Assembly (NCBI RefSeq): GCF_008831285.2
Contig: NC_045138.2
Coordinates: 36,146,001-36,210,000, forward strand
DNA length: 64,000 bases
From: Nymphaea colorata
Lineage: Eukaryota
Reading direction: 5' to 3'
Shown: piece by piece, positions 1 to 13,700 of the stretch
How positions within the stretch are numbered: position 1 is the stretch's first letter
Layout of the letters: every line of letters starts with the position of its first letter
Program-made: the position numbers and the translations under genes
The notes under the pieces: generated by a model
Database searches by the model: none
What the model was told of the DNA's origin: nothing
The model's input: only the letters and a program-made list of their open reading frames with translations

Positions 1-51
1 ATTATTGTTCTTCTACACGGTTACAAGTGCTATGGAGATTATGTACCGAAC

Positions 52-1984
52 CTATTGCTTGTAATTCTCACTTGTCTTGGCTGTAGGATGTACTCTGCAA
101 GGTCCATTAATATGATTATCCGGATGCAGTCGCTCAAAAAATTTTTGTATGCTTTGTGGTTGTTGTATCTGTTCGAGGATATCCGCAACATTTGCCATAT
201 CAGGTCTGTTCTTCATCTGAAGGTCAAGGCACTTCTCTGCCACTTTTGCAACAATATATGCCCCTTTGTTTGAGTAGCAGCCTTCTAATCTTGTGTCCAT
301 TATTCTCAAGAATTTCTTCCTGCAACTCAAGAGTGGCCTGGCCCAATCGACCAGGTTTCTTTCTGCGACTGTCCTGTCCTTCTCCATGGCTCGTCTTCCT
401 GAAAGTATTTCCAGCAGCACAACACCAAAGCTGTAAACATCGCTCTTCACAGTCAGGTGCCCTGTTTTAAAATAGCTGGATTTTAGTCCTACCTTCAAAT
501 ATTTAAAGTTCTTAATATTTGAGCCCATGCACCTGCAGCACACAAACATACGCGGTCCCATATTTGACTGCAGATCAAGGTGAATTTTTTATATCGTGCA
601 CAGTTTAGTTCTCAGTAAAGTTTGATACCTGAACTAACATATTCTGGAGCTGCATAACCCTGAGTTCCTACAATTCTTGAGGAGACATGGCTACGGTCAC
701 CAGTCGGGCCATCTCTTGCTAGCCCAAAATCCGATAGCTTTGCGTTGAATTCCTGTATGTGGAATTATGTCAACAGAGCAGATGGTGATGGAAATGAATT
801 ACAGGAGTTGAACTTGGTAGTTGATGTTCTGTTATACCGAATCGAGGAGAATGTTTGAAGCCTTCAGATCACGATGAATGACTTGAATTGGTCGATTATG
901 TAAGAATGCAAGTCCTCGAGCAACATCCGTGGCAATTTTGATTCTCAATTCCCAAGAAAGAGGTTCAGCACCACCTGCAAGTAAACTGTTTCATCTGATG
1001 TTCTGCTTCGCTAGGCAATAGATAAATAGAACACAACGTAGAAATATGGTGCGCACGAACAGTTGTCCAAGATTGTGTAAAATCTAAAGGTAAAATTCTG
1101 TCAGCAGAAAGGCAAGAGGTGGAAGTGTGGTCAAACCACGTGCAGAAAAATAAATTATGTTACTGAGGTTGAGGGCGTTAGTTGTAGAGAGAATGAGTTC
1201 TTACTCCTGAACAAATGGTTTTCAAGAGTTCCTTTCTGCATGTACTCATACACTAAAAGCCTGTGGTCGCCTTCCATGCAAAATCCTACCAGTTTCACAA
1301 GATTTGGGTGATGAAACTCATCCAAATATGTAACCTCTGACTGCATCGTCATGAACAGGAAGTGGTTGTCAGGGTTTCTTTGGCATCAAGGAATTCTGAA
1401 AGAAGCTGGAAAAGCAGATGAAAATGAACAGGTGAAACCAAAAAGGATGGTGAAGAAATAACAAAGATTACCACCCATTCCTTGTGGCCTTGGAAGCTAT
1501 CCGTCTTGAGTTTTTTTACTGCAACAGTTATCCCAACTCCTGGTTTTGTTGGAGAAAAAGTGATCTCATCTATCCAGCCCTTATAGACGTAACCAAAACC
1601 ACCCTGGCCGATGAGATTTTCCCTGCTGAACTTCCTTGTTGCAATGCTGAGATCGTTGAAGCTGAACTGATGCAGTTTGGTGGTGGATGGCATCTCCTTC
1701 TCTTCCGCTGAACTTGTTCTTGAAAGCTTTTCACAGGACGTCCTCTTGCCTGGATGGAAAAAAAAAAATCATGTCAGTTTGTAAACTTTACTAAAACAAA
1801 GTATTACAGCCAAACAGCTTGTGAACACAAAGTGCCAGCCAAGCATCACCAAATACAAAAATGTTTCTCGCATGAGTTTAGAACCATTTGGTGTATTGGG
1901 CAAATCTGTCTTTGCTGTTCATGAGATTCGAATATGGAGATAAAAAAGGAGAAGAAGACGCGGATGTATTTTCAAGTTGAAGAG

Positions 1985-2019
<35 letters not shown>

Positions 2020-2373
2020 GGAACATTTGAGCCTCTGTACGAGGCAACCATGAACGAAAAATAGAGTGCGTTATATATATATGGAACATTTGAGCCTCTG
2101 TACGAGGCAACCATGAACGAAAAATAGAGTGCGTTTATTTAAAGAAAATTCACCGTTTGTCTAACAAAAGAGTGGATTTTGATGAAAGGGTAACTGAAAC
2201 AAAGGACATCAACTCGGCATCGACAAGATAACCCAACTGGGCGAAGTTCATTTTTGCATCAACAAGTTCTTCAATAAAAGGAGAAACCCAAGAAATTGTG
2301 CTCATAAGATCAGATCATCCGTCAGGAACTTACCGCAAATAAACCTTGGTAACTTGGTGGTACAATTGCCCAT
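52..2373 (-). CDS. Receptor-like cytoplasmic kinase, subfamily VII (PBL/BIK1/APK1-like), 6 exons, ~374 aa
   Basis: Hand-spliced exons 2373-2334, 1749-1472, 1340-1205, 974-838, 752-629 and 461-52, all GT-AG, total 1125 nt in frame. Motifs: N-terminal MGNC (myristoylation/palmitoylation type), [76 protein letters not shown]. Confidence 0.93.
1981..2134. repeat. (GT)n(TA)n microsatellite followed by a 63 bp direct tandem duplication in kinase intron 1
   Basis: ggaacatttgagcctctgtacgaggcaaccatgaacgaaaaatagagtgcgtt occurs at ~2020 and ~2083. Confidence 0.9.
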
Positions 2374-5155
2374 TGTAGTTTCTCTTGTTTTACTTCAAAA
2401 ATTCCTGATTGGCACCCACACCACCTCTCTCCAGATCCCGTCATCGAGATTTTCGCCAAGAACCAGCAGAGGCCTGCCAAATTTCAACAGCGTAGCACTT
2501 CAATATGTCGATATGCTTCAGGTTAATTTCCATCCTTCCGAACCTTTTCTGATACAAAGAACCAGTTATGGCCCTATCTTGTACGAGTTCAACTAGAACA
2601 ATGACCTTCCCCTTCCGAGAGCAATGCCTTCACTTCAGGCTGCTGTATCTCTACATTCGGAAGATAACAAGAAAAGAAGAGACAAAACATTCGAATAGAA
2701 ACGATATTAGAAACTCCTTTTGCTTTTGCGTGTTCCTTTTTTTCAAAAAACTGATCTTAAAGAGTCCTTGAAGAAGTTGCAGGTGGGCATATATTTATAT
2801 GTATATGGAACGTTCTCCCCATTCTCTTCTTCATTCTTGAGAGATAGAGATGACAACTTTTCCAGCCGTTTGATCCTTATCTCAGTCAGAGACAGCCTAA
2901 GCAGTTTCTAAATATAGCCTTCTTCTCTGTTTTGCTTTCAAAGTAAATTTAAACCCGCGGAAGACCTCCAGCTCCACAATCTCCTGTCTTTTCCGCAATT
3001 ACAAGAACATACCCACTTGTCTAATAAAAATTTGCCAGTTTCGATTCAGATCACCATGACAAGAATTTTGAGTCTTCAAGCCAAGCAAAACCACCCAAGC
3101 GTCAAGAAAATTCTGTGCTGTTGTGATGGAAGCGAACCATTAAAACCAAGTAGATATCTTAGTCATTTTCAAATCTATTACCTTTCACATCTAGTTTATT
3201 CGTTTTATTTATGTGATTTCCTAGTAGCATTTATGTATGGTTTTTTTTTTTTTTTGTAACCATCACTCTCATCAAGCTCAGATTTTTTTTTTTTTTTGAA
3301 AAAAAAGGCAAGGGGTTAGTCATTCAACCTGTTATTCTTTATTTATTTTTCCTCCATAATGATGGGTTGTATGTGCTGTAACTTTGCTGGTGTTCTATGC
3401 GAGAAAATAAAAACTTTTTCCCATGCATGTGATGATAAATTTCATCAAGTAAAAAATAGATGAACAGATTTACACAGAAAATTTACACTAATGCAACACC
3501 CAATTAGTGCAAATATTTATGTGCTGGCCAGTAGTTTAGCACCAAGATGATTAATTGACCAAATACGATACACCACAACAAAGGAAATTGTAGGTCGGGA
3601 ATCAGCACGAACAGTAAGAGGAAGGGAATTAGATGACAAGCAAGAGCTTCAATTCAAAGCCACGCAACAAAAGCACATCTTGGTGGAGATTAAAAAGCTT
3701 GAAAAAGATAAATTTTAATACATTTCATGGGGAGTGAAAATTGTTGTGGAGCTCAAAGATATCCAAAATTGAACACAACTATAGAGGAATTTAAAACACA
3801 ATTGGGCTACTTTGATGACAACAACCAAACATGAAAATGAAATTTTGCTGCTTTGATGACAACAACTAGCCGACCATTACAACGACCGGGTGTCTCTATC
3901 TGATGAAAACTCGGATAAAGACGTATCGCAGAGCAAGTTATTACGAAACTCAATGACTTCAATCTATAATTCATTGTTGCTTTATTTTCCTCCATCTTTT
4001 GCTTTGATGATTTCATAACAGCATTCGTTTGCATCTTTTCAAACACCAGGATGAACTAGTTGCCAAGAGTTGGAGGCTAATCATGAAGCAGGAAGTTTTT
4101 CTTTCTTTTAAGGATCGTGTCGTTTATTGCTTTCATATGCCATAGTGCCTGTGAAATGAAAAATGATATATTTTGTGATGTACGTGACAGCAAATGCTAT
4201 CATGCATAATACCTAAAGAGATAAGTTCACTTCACTTGTTGAGAAAGTTAAAACTGGACGTACTTCTAGTATTGAGGAGGACTTTCAGTTTCTTCGTTGT
4301 TCTCATGAAAGCTTCAGGATCAAGTTTACTCGTTTTACTTAAAAAAACATTTTAAGAACATGCATATTTGGACAAAAAATTTACATGGAATTGAAATCTG
4401 CGTCTTGCAGGCTACACACTATAAGGGTTACAACGGGCCAAATCTGGTACAAGGGTTTTGTCATAGTTGACACCCTGGTCCTACAGAGAGATGATTCTTC
4501 CTCAACGTTCAAGCATCTAGCTACTTTAAAGCTGACCCATTTGCATATAAGTTTGTAAAAGGACTGGACATACCCGATTACTGAGTCCATTTCAAATCCA
4601 TTTATTTGGATCTGGTAAAGAATTTACTTTGAATTTGATTGCTTATAAGACATCGATTCAGTGTGCAGTTTAATAACTGAATCAAAGTTTGATAACCGAA
4701 TGGAGTTCAAGAAAGATCTGTCTTGATTAATTACATAGAAATATTGAATCTTATGCTACCTCGGAGCCGAATTTGATTTGAAAGCCAAGATTTAAGCCCG
4801 ATTTGGAACCCCAATCCCGATCCCAATCAGAGTCTTTTACATTTTTATTTGCATCGGCAGGAATTCTGATTTAAATTCCCAAGGACGCCCATGTGAGGTA
4901 GCTTTGCCTGTTCATGGTGTGGTACTTGCATTACCTTTGAATAAGACATGCTTGTCTCTTAAGCAAGCACCACCTGCTCATGGACTTAGAGATCCGCTTT
5001 TTCTCTCCTCTATCCACAGTTTTTAAATCGTATTACAAAGCAACCAGAGCTTAAAATATGATTCTGCAACCGAAAAATGTAGATAGAAATGCACTCGATT
5101 TTTTTTTTTTAGAAAAAAGAAAACCATGATTGATTCTTCAAACTGGAAATTGGAG

Positions 5156-5491
5156 TAGGGTTGTTGCCGGTTCCAACTTGGATCAGATCTACCCTCTACT
5201 AAGTTTAACTAATTGGGTTCTATGAAATCAAAGTTGGATTCAAACTCATATTGGAAGCTTAATTTTTTGTACGGCGGTTGGACCCAACTAGTTAGAAGAA
5301 GATCCAATATTTTATATGACCAGATCAAATCTTTATTGAATCCTAGTCCGATGTCAAACTCGAATTGATATTCGATTATGAAACTGCATGCCAAAATCAG
5401 AACAATCAGACTCACTTTTTTTTTCAGATTTGGTTAAATGAATGGGAACCCAGATTGATATTTGGATAATTTGGATCCATTTACAACCCTA
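5156..5491. mobile_element. Probable non-autonomous hAT-like element with GATC-rich subterminal motifs
   Basis: Ends tagggttgt ... acaacccta form a short TIR. The interior has many ggatc/gatcc/atccaa motifs. The flanking 8-mers match only partly, so a TSD is not established. Confidence 0.45.
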
Positions 5492-5579
5492 GATGCAAGA
5501 TACTCCAAAAGGAGTTACTAACTATCCATAACATCTCAAATTCTATGATTTAATACGCCGCCACAAGTAGCTGTCTGGT

Positions 5580-5683
5580 CAGGAGCGGAGCCAAGGTAGG
5601 GCCTGCATGAATCTTGGCCCCAGCTCAAAATTTAGAAACTTTAATTCGGTCCTCTTCATGAAAAAATTTTGACTCCGCCTCTA
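5580..5683. mobile_element. hAT-type MITE with 8 bp target-site duplication
   Basis: Imperfect TIRs caggagcggagcca ... tgactccgcctcta. The identical 8-mer tgtctggt lies at 5572-5579 and 5684-5691, and an 8 bp TSD is characteristic of the hAT superfamily. Confidence 0.75.
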
Positions 5684-7367
5684 TGTCTGGTGGTAGTGAT
5701 TCATTGAACAAGTTGGAGGAAGCGATGCTATAGAATAGGTCATGCTCTTTGTCACGCACAGTCACGAATTTGGAGCCCGATCCAGTTTTTACCAAATTCG
5801 ACTTGAACAGATTTCGTAATCGAATTCAAGATCTAATCTTTTAAAAACTGAATTCGGATGCGTTTAACATAAGATCCGATATTTAAAATGTGAACAGGTT
5901 GGTCAGATTTCTTTCCATGCGTCATCTCGCTAAACTACACGAACAAGGCGTTCTTGCTTTCAACATTCTGAAAACGGGAATCAAACACGCTCTACATGCG
6001 ACGAAGAACCATGGGAGGACCAGACCAGTTAAGTTTAAAGGAGCCCTCTGGAAAGAAGCTGACCGGCGACGGCCATGACCATGCCTTGCAAAGACAACGT
6101 GAGAAAAAATCGTAGATTCGAAAGGGAGAAGGGGGATTAAAGCACGTGATGGCACCAAGGGAACAGGGCAAAGCCAAAAGAAGGAAAAGGTCTGGATTCC
6201 GGTCTTCTTCGTCGCCGACGAATATCTGCACTTGCTTGTCACCCACGTCTCCTCTTCCCACCCCGATTTCAGGAAGCTGCACTTGAATTCTTTTTCTCAG
6301 TAGAAACAGGTTTGATTGTTTTTTCCCTCTTCGCCTTTGAATTGGAAAAGCTGGTTGCTTGTCCTAAACAAAAGAAACAATTGCTGCTCAATGTGAATAT
6401 TCTTTTGATTAAATTCAATTTCCTCCAATCCCAATGGAAACTGCTTTCTTTGGTTTTTGTCAAATAGTTGGATGCATGAAGCCCAGACTTTTTTTTTTCT
6501 TCCTTTTGTTCTTTTTGCTTCCACTTTAGGTTAAATAAGTCTCTGTGAATAGCTTGTGAGGAACACATACCTTCATCTTGACTCATCTTCTCCTTCAACT
6601 CGAAGGTCTTGAAGTACAATGACTCATCACCGATAGAATTCTTGCGGCGAAGGTAAAATGAAAAAGTGGGGAGTCAAACCTTGGCCCTTAGAGGAGTTCA
6701 CTTTGTTTTGTTGTTTTTTTTTTCTCTCCTTTCAATGCGGTGATCTCATACGCCACATTTGAATATGTGGTATTCCACTGTAGTGTGACTCAAAAATTCA
6801 GGAAAATTCTGTGGCGAAACAAACATGGAACATTAAATCATTAAGCCACTGCGTTTTTGCTCAATCTTGGTATTTTTGTTCCCGCATTCTAATAAAATAT
6901 TTCTAACTTCACCCTGTGGGCAATCTAGCTAGGTGGTCTTTGAGCCTATTTGACAGTGTTGCAGACAACGGGATCTGGTTCATATTGGAATGCATAAAAA
7001 CTGATGCAGGCCGTATTGGCCTCGGATCGGCCACAATAAATTAAGTAAAAACAAAAGTTACATTCTTTTATTATCTTGTTAAAACATTGCCTCCCCATTA
7101 GCCAATACAAGATTTGCGTTGGTAAACATTTGAATGGAGCCTACTTTCGCTCCTGCAGTGAGCATTGATAAGAATATTATTGTATTTTTGGGATACAGTT
7201 TTCATAATATAACGTAAAAGTTAACATAACATAATGTCAACAATCAGACGTTAGACACGATTACACACAGTGTTTTGAAACAATAACATAAAGTTTTTAC
7301 ATGTTACAAGAACAACCCAATGTTCCTCTTATCAAACACACTCCTATTCATTTTATTCTCTTAGCTA

Positions 7368-7371
<4 letters not shown>

Positions 7372-7407
<36 letters not shown>
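7372..7407. repeat. (TA)n microsatellite upstream of the subtilase
   Basis: Uninterrupted TA dinucleotide run. Confidence 0.95.
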
Positions 7408-7409
<2 letters not shown>

Positions 7410-7719
7410 AGTAAGTCATTCAATACGGGTACCGGGAAGAAAAGGAAGACGAGGCATGCTTCGTTGCAATAATATATCTGCCCAATGTCTTAATCCTCCC
7501 CAAAAAGAAAACGAGGAAAAAGATAAAGAAGTAAAGTAAAGAAAAAGAAAAGATCCTAGGACTGAAGCATCGATAAGTCAAATTTTCTAACTTAGCTAAA
7601 ACAGCAAGGATCTATTCCATACAGCTCACACAAATTCGTTCTGGCCTTTTCCCCACATGATCACGGCTACAAATAAGGCCTCCGGAGGAGGAAGACCACC
7701 ATCAATCCTGACGTCGCCC

Positions 7720-10700
7720 ATGGCAGAAACCAGGCTGCTCCTCTTCTTCCTGCTCTCTGCTTCTATCCTTCTCCATGGCCATGGGGCTTCAAGTGAAGCG
7801 CCAAAGGTACGTATACTTGATACGTGGTACTCCATGATTTAGTAGTTAATTTCCTGACCTCTTCTTAGTTGTTACTGTCTGTTAATAACGAGAAGTATAT
7901 TGATAACTTATGTAACCTTCCTCTTGTGATAAAAAACCACCGAATTAGATTTCATATAATTGTTGGGCGTAACTAAGCATTTCCAAAAAAACCGAATGAA
8001 TTTTGAGTTCAGTTTTTTGTATGATTGAGAATTAGATTGCTTTTTTCGTATGTACTATTTTTCTTTTCCAAATTTTTCTTTTCCAAAGAAAAGAAAGAAA
8101 TGGTAGACATTTTGGTATCCGACCTTTAGCTTATTGGGTGTATCTCCTAGCTAGGCACATATTGTATACATGGGAAGTTCGTTGAGTAGCAGCAACGAAA
8201 TTGAAGGAGAAAATTATGAGGAAGCGAATCACCTGAAGTTACTGTCATCAGTTATTCCAAGGTAAGAAAGTCGCTTGCACTTGATTTCATTAACTTGAGA
8301 AAGGAACGTTCACTTAATCTATGCTTTTATTGTACAGTGAGGACAGTGCCCGGGTGTCATTGATTCATGCGTATAAGTACTCCTTAAGAGGATTTGCTGC
8401 CATGCTTACAACGAAAGAGGCGGACACATTGTCCAGTAAATTATTTTCCCTGGTCCTGAGGGGATTTTTTCTGGTATCTGTAAATAAAGTTAACCTGATG
8501 CACTATTTCATGTTTGGCAGAATATCCGGGAATCGTATCGGTTTTCCCTGATCCAGTTCTTAAACTTCACACGACGCGTTCATGGGACTTCTTGCAAGCC
8601 ACGTCCGGCGAGGTGGGGGCAAAGCCTGCGACAGCGCCTGTCAATGGAGACGTAATAATCGGAATGATCGATACAGGTGAATCCTGATCCGGAGAATATT
8701 ATTTGTTCATCAAGACGGAATTTAACGAGCACGATTTTGAACGTGTCGCTGCTTGTTCCCCATACTCTGTTTGAATTCTCCAGACCCTTTAGAAAATTAT
8801 CCATTTAGAGAAGGCTCAATCTGTTTGAATGATGGAGAAGAGGGCGTGACTCGGACCTTTTGTCTCAGACATACTCTCGCCATTCAAACACTGTGGAAGG
8901 GGTTTGGGCAACCTCCATTCGAAAGTCAATAAACATATGAAATTAAAGTACAAAACCTTTTGTCACACTTGTGGTGGTGCGCCACATAGCTTTTACCAGC
9001 AAGGAGTGCCGTTTAATCGGGTAGCAATGTGGTTTAATATGAGGTTTGAGTCTCATGGTCACTATCATGTTTCGGGGTGTTACTCATTTAGGCCACAAAT
9101 GGTGATAAGCGCAACAGGATGAGAAAATCCCCCCACTACATTCAACTGACATTTTCCAAAATCAAAGGAATCCACCTTGCCCTTAGGGGTCGTTTGGAGA
9201 CATTTTATGAGCATCCCAAGAAAAAAAAAAAAAGGCCACCACAGCCCTTTTCCAACACCTTATGCCTTGCTTACAAACTTGTCCAAAAAGAGATTCCGTT
9301 CTACAAACCACCGTTGCTTTTAGACGGGAGTTGGGAATCTGGTGCTTTGAGATTTGGATACCAAACCTTTTAAATTTTATGAAGCAGAGATCTGATCGAG
9401 CTTCAGACTTACTAATGCTACTCCATGCGGCGCCTGAATTCTTCTATGCCTATCTGTTTATTGCCACGCCCATGAGATCCCATGGACGTGCCAATTTATC
9501 GATTCCAATCACATATGAAGCATATGTCAATCGATAATCTGTCAACCATCAAATTCCAATATCATTAGGCATTTGGTAAGAAAAACTTTGTGCTCTTGAA
9601 ACACATTTTCTTAAAACACATGTTATGTTCTTATTTTGAGAAGCATGATGCAGTTACGGATATCGTTCCTAAATCAAGCAATCGAACGGTAGAAGTAAGT
9701 AATCAGATCATATTTTCTGAAACAAAAGCATAGCACTCTTGAAACATATATTCTAAAAATGTTGTGTGTTTCAAGAGCATAATGTTCTCTTTTAGCAGTT
9801 TGCTTAGACATAATATCAGGTCTTAACCAGTTCACCTTTTCTCGTGGCGAATGTTAGGAATTTGGCCGGAGTCACCGAGTTTCAATGACGCGGGGCTTGG
9901 GCCGATACCATCAAGATGGAAAGGAACGTGCATGGAAGGGCCTGACTACAAAGCATCTAACTGCAACAGGTTTGAAATTTCTGCTCTAAATTGAAATTAG
10001 ATATCTACAGCAAAAATAGAGCTAAAGCTAATGGGTGAACTTGGACTCAGGAAGGTGATCGGTGCCCGGTATTATAACTCATTCGGGGTCGCAAAAGTCC
10101 CGGAGTCAAACGGGTCCAGTACGCTGATGAGCTCGCCCAGGGACACAGTGGGGCACGGAAGCCACACCGCATCGACCGCGGCTGGCAGCATCGTGCACAA
10201 CGCGAGCTACTACGGGCTCGGGCTGGGAGTGGCCAGGGGCGGGTCGCTGACAAGCCGGCTGGCAATCTATAAGGCGTGTTCGGAGGAGGGGTGTTCCGGG
10301 GCGAACCTGCTGAAGGGGATAGACGATGCGGTCAGGGACGGGGTGGACATCATCTCCATCTCCATCGGCATCAGCTCCGTCTTCCAAATGGACTTCGTCA
10401 GCGACCCCATCGCCATCGGCGCCTTCCACGCGACGCAGAGGGGAGTGCTCGTGGTCTGCTCCGGTGGAAACGACGGGCCCTTCCCCTTCAGTGTGGTGAA
10501 CTCCGCGCCCTGGATCTTCACCGTGGGCGCTTCCACCATCGATCGGGATTTCCAGTCCACCGTCGTCCTCAGAAACGGACAAACCTTTCAGGTACACTTC
10601 GCCGTCAACGTCGCACCGAATGTGTCGGATTGTAACTAAGACACCGATACCGGATCCGGATGTACTGAGAGGAGGAGGAGAATGTAGTGCAAATTTCGTA

Positions 10701-13700
10701 GAGCCATATCCATATCCATGAAATACTAAGCTTGATATTGCCCTTCCTGCTTTATATTTGTATTAGACGTCAAACTCAGTTTCCGTTTTGAGTCCAAGTC
10801 CACGATCCACATCAAGAGAGAGTAAAGATCCAGTCAATTTTGAATTTTTTAGGACACGATTTCAAAGGTCATGAGCTCGGTAACTCATCTCTGTTTTACT
10901 TTTCCCTCTGCAAAGGGTTCTGCGATAAGTTTCTCGAAGCTCAACCGTTCAAGACTGTGGCCTCTGGTGTTCGCCGGCGACATCCCCGTCAGCCCCTCTT
11001 CACGTGAAGAAGCAAGGTCTGCCTCTCTCTCTCTCATATATATATACTTGGCTAAAGTTTTCATGTTGGTAGTAGAAATATATACATATATACATGGATA
11101 AAGAGAGAAGGAAGATCGTGGACTTAGTAGCAACAAGTTCATGAACTACAAAATGTACATTTTTAGGTGCAGTAGTGCCGGTACGTGCATGGAAGGGACT
11201 TTCGTAATCGTGTACATGTTTGGTTGGTGTTTGTTTATAACGTAGGAATTGTTATCCTGGATCACTGAACGCAGCCAAGGCAGCTAGAAAAATAGTGGTG
11301 TGCCTGGAGGACGATCCAATTGTGACCAGAAAGGTGAAAAAGCTGGTTGTCGAATCCCTTGGAGCCAAGGGAATTATATTCGTCGACCAGCAATCGAAGT
11401 CGTCGGCATTGGATGCCGGAGATTTTCCATTTATCGAAGTCAACAGCTCGGTTGGAAACCAGATTCTTGCCTACATAAATAGCACCAGGTATGCTCCTAT
11501 TTTTCCTCTCCAACGAGGTCCATAACTGTCTCGTACCAATTAGACAAAATGATAAAATGTTTTATTTTCTCTTACCAATCTCTGCGGGACATCCAAACAT
11601 AGACTTATTAGACAGCTATTTGCCATCATGATCAAAATCTAAGTCATATGAACACGTTTAATTTGTTACTGTGCCCGTATCGACACTCTCATGCTCCCAT
11701 ATTCGTATTCGAATAGGTTATGACACAATTTAAATTAGGTCTGGTTCGAGACATACATGAAAATTTTCTTTTTTAAATACATGATTTTTTTGTGAGATTT
11801 TATATTATATACATGTACATTTTATTCAAAATGCATTTAAACCCCTTTTAACAAAAATGTTACAAGGGGAGCCTTATTAACCTGGTGATGCATGAAAATA
11901 CTCAAAAAATCAAGGAAACGATGACATGTCCAGTGATTGGTTTTCTCGTAAAGAGGAAATTAGAAAAAGAGAAAATAAAATCTTTGGGAGAAAATTTCAA
12001 TTATTAGAAAAAGAGAAAATAAAATCTTTGGGAGAAAATTTCAATTAACTTTCGTCGTGGGGTACAGCGAGACGCAGAATTCGCGTATAAATTTATCACC
12101 GCCCTAAAAGTTGTGACAGTGATCTTTTCTTGTGTCCGTTGCTTGCATTGTTTGAAATGACAGGAAGCCGAGAGCGTCGATCCTGACGAGCGTCGGCGTG
12201 CCAGGCGTGCGGCCAGCGCCGGTGGTCGCCTACTTCTCTTCTCGTGGTCCCGGTGGCCTCTCTCAGTCCATCCTCAAGGTCTACTCTCATTATATAACCC
12301 CTTCATGCACTTGTTCTCTTTGCACCATTTGTCTTACTCCTTGTACGATAAAAGAAGATTCAAATTATACCTTTCAAATTCAATTATTTTTGTATTGTCT
12401 TGTTTTTGCATTTTGAAATTTATAAGATAAGAAGAAATAATACAAAAAAGTTTCAAAAACTTGAGGTAGAATTACTGTCCAATTGACCAATGCCAAATCA
12501 AACAGACAAACAAGGTAATTTCTTTAATCTCTTTTCTCCATTTTTTCTAATAATTATGCATAAATTTAACAAAGATCAACTGGACATCATTTGGTTTATA
12601 TGCTTCCAAATTTTATTACTATTTAATGGCACCAACCATATGAACTCTTGAATAGAAAGAAACGTGTAGCTTGGAAGAAGAAAAATACTTTAACAAGAAA
12701 GATCTCCTTCATTATTGCTGCTCACGGCCAATAATCTGGTTATTTCTATGTGGAAAGTTAGTTGATTGACATATAAATACTTAATAACAATTTTGGGACT
12801 TTATTTGAGAATTTTGTATATGATTTGAAATGCAATTTGTTAATTTGAAGTCTCAAATCATTTATATCTCTACATAAATTCTGGCTTTTCTCTTGAAAAT
12901 TTTACAGCCGGATGTTGTAGCACCAGGAGTAAACATATTGGCATCTGTTATTCCAACAAACATGACGGGACAAGTTCCCGCGGGGAAGAAAGCCTCCATG
13001 TTTGCAATCAAGTCTGGGACGTCCATGGCTTGCCCCCACGTGACCGGTGCAGCTGCCTCCATCAAGGCTGCTCATCCTCACTGGACCTCCTCCATGATCA
13101 AGTCTGCACTCATGACAACAGGTGGAGACACTTTTTACTTTATTGCTTGGTTTTATGCCATGGTTTGCTCTTAATAATCACTCGTTGTAATTCACAATAT
13201 TTCTTAATTATGACTGCTTTATATGGTCAGACAACCAGTAGAGCCTGCCATTCTTTTGTAGCTGTTACAAGTTACAACTTATCAGAATTTTACTTAATCA
13301 CTTTGATTTTACCGAACAATCTCTTCACTATCACTCAGATCACCATTTCAATTATCAGAACAGAAATTCTAAACTAAGGTGCAAAAGTGAATTCTGAATA
13401 TTCTATTAAGACAGATTCATGGGGTTCTGCTCTTGGTCAAAATCAAATCTATACATGTCCACTTTTTGAATCAAGTGAGGTTTCCTCGGCTGCTTCTCAT
13501 AGAATCCAGAATATATGACACAATTTTCAGGCCTGGATTCAGCCAACCTCATTAAGCATCGATCTATTGCTTGTATTAATTTATGGATTTTGATTCAGAA
13601 TTATTGCGATCAGGCCCAGATCTGATCTGTTTGCCTCTTTCTCAGTTCCTAACTTTTCAAATGTGTTTGATTGATTGCAGCCTCAACAATCAACAACCTT

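Noticed and set aside
6140..6270. caagggaacagggcaaagc resembling a miR408 5' arm
   Set aside because: No matching mature 3' arm or convincing hairpin nearby.
10047..10635. Several overlapping antisense and alternate-frame ORFs
   Set aside because: By-products of the GC-rich subtilase exon 6.
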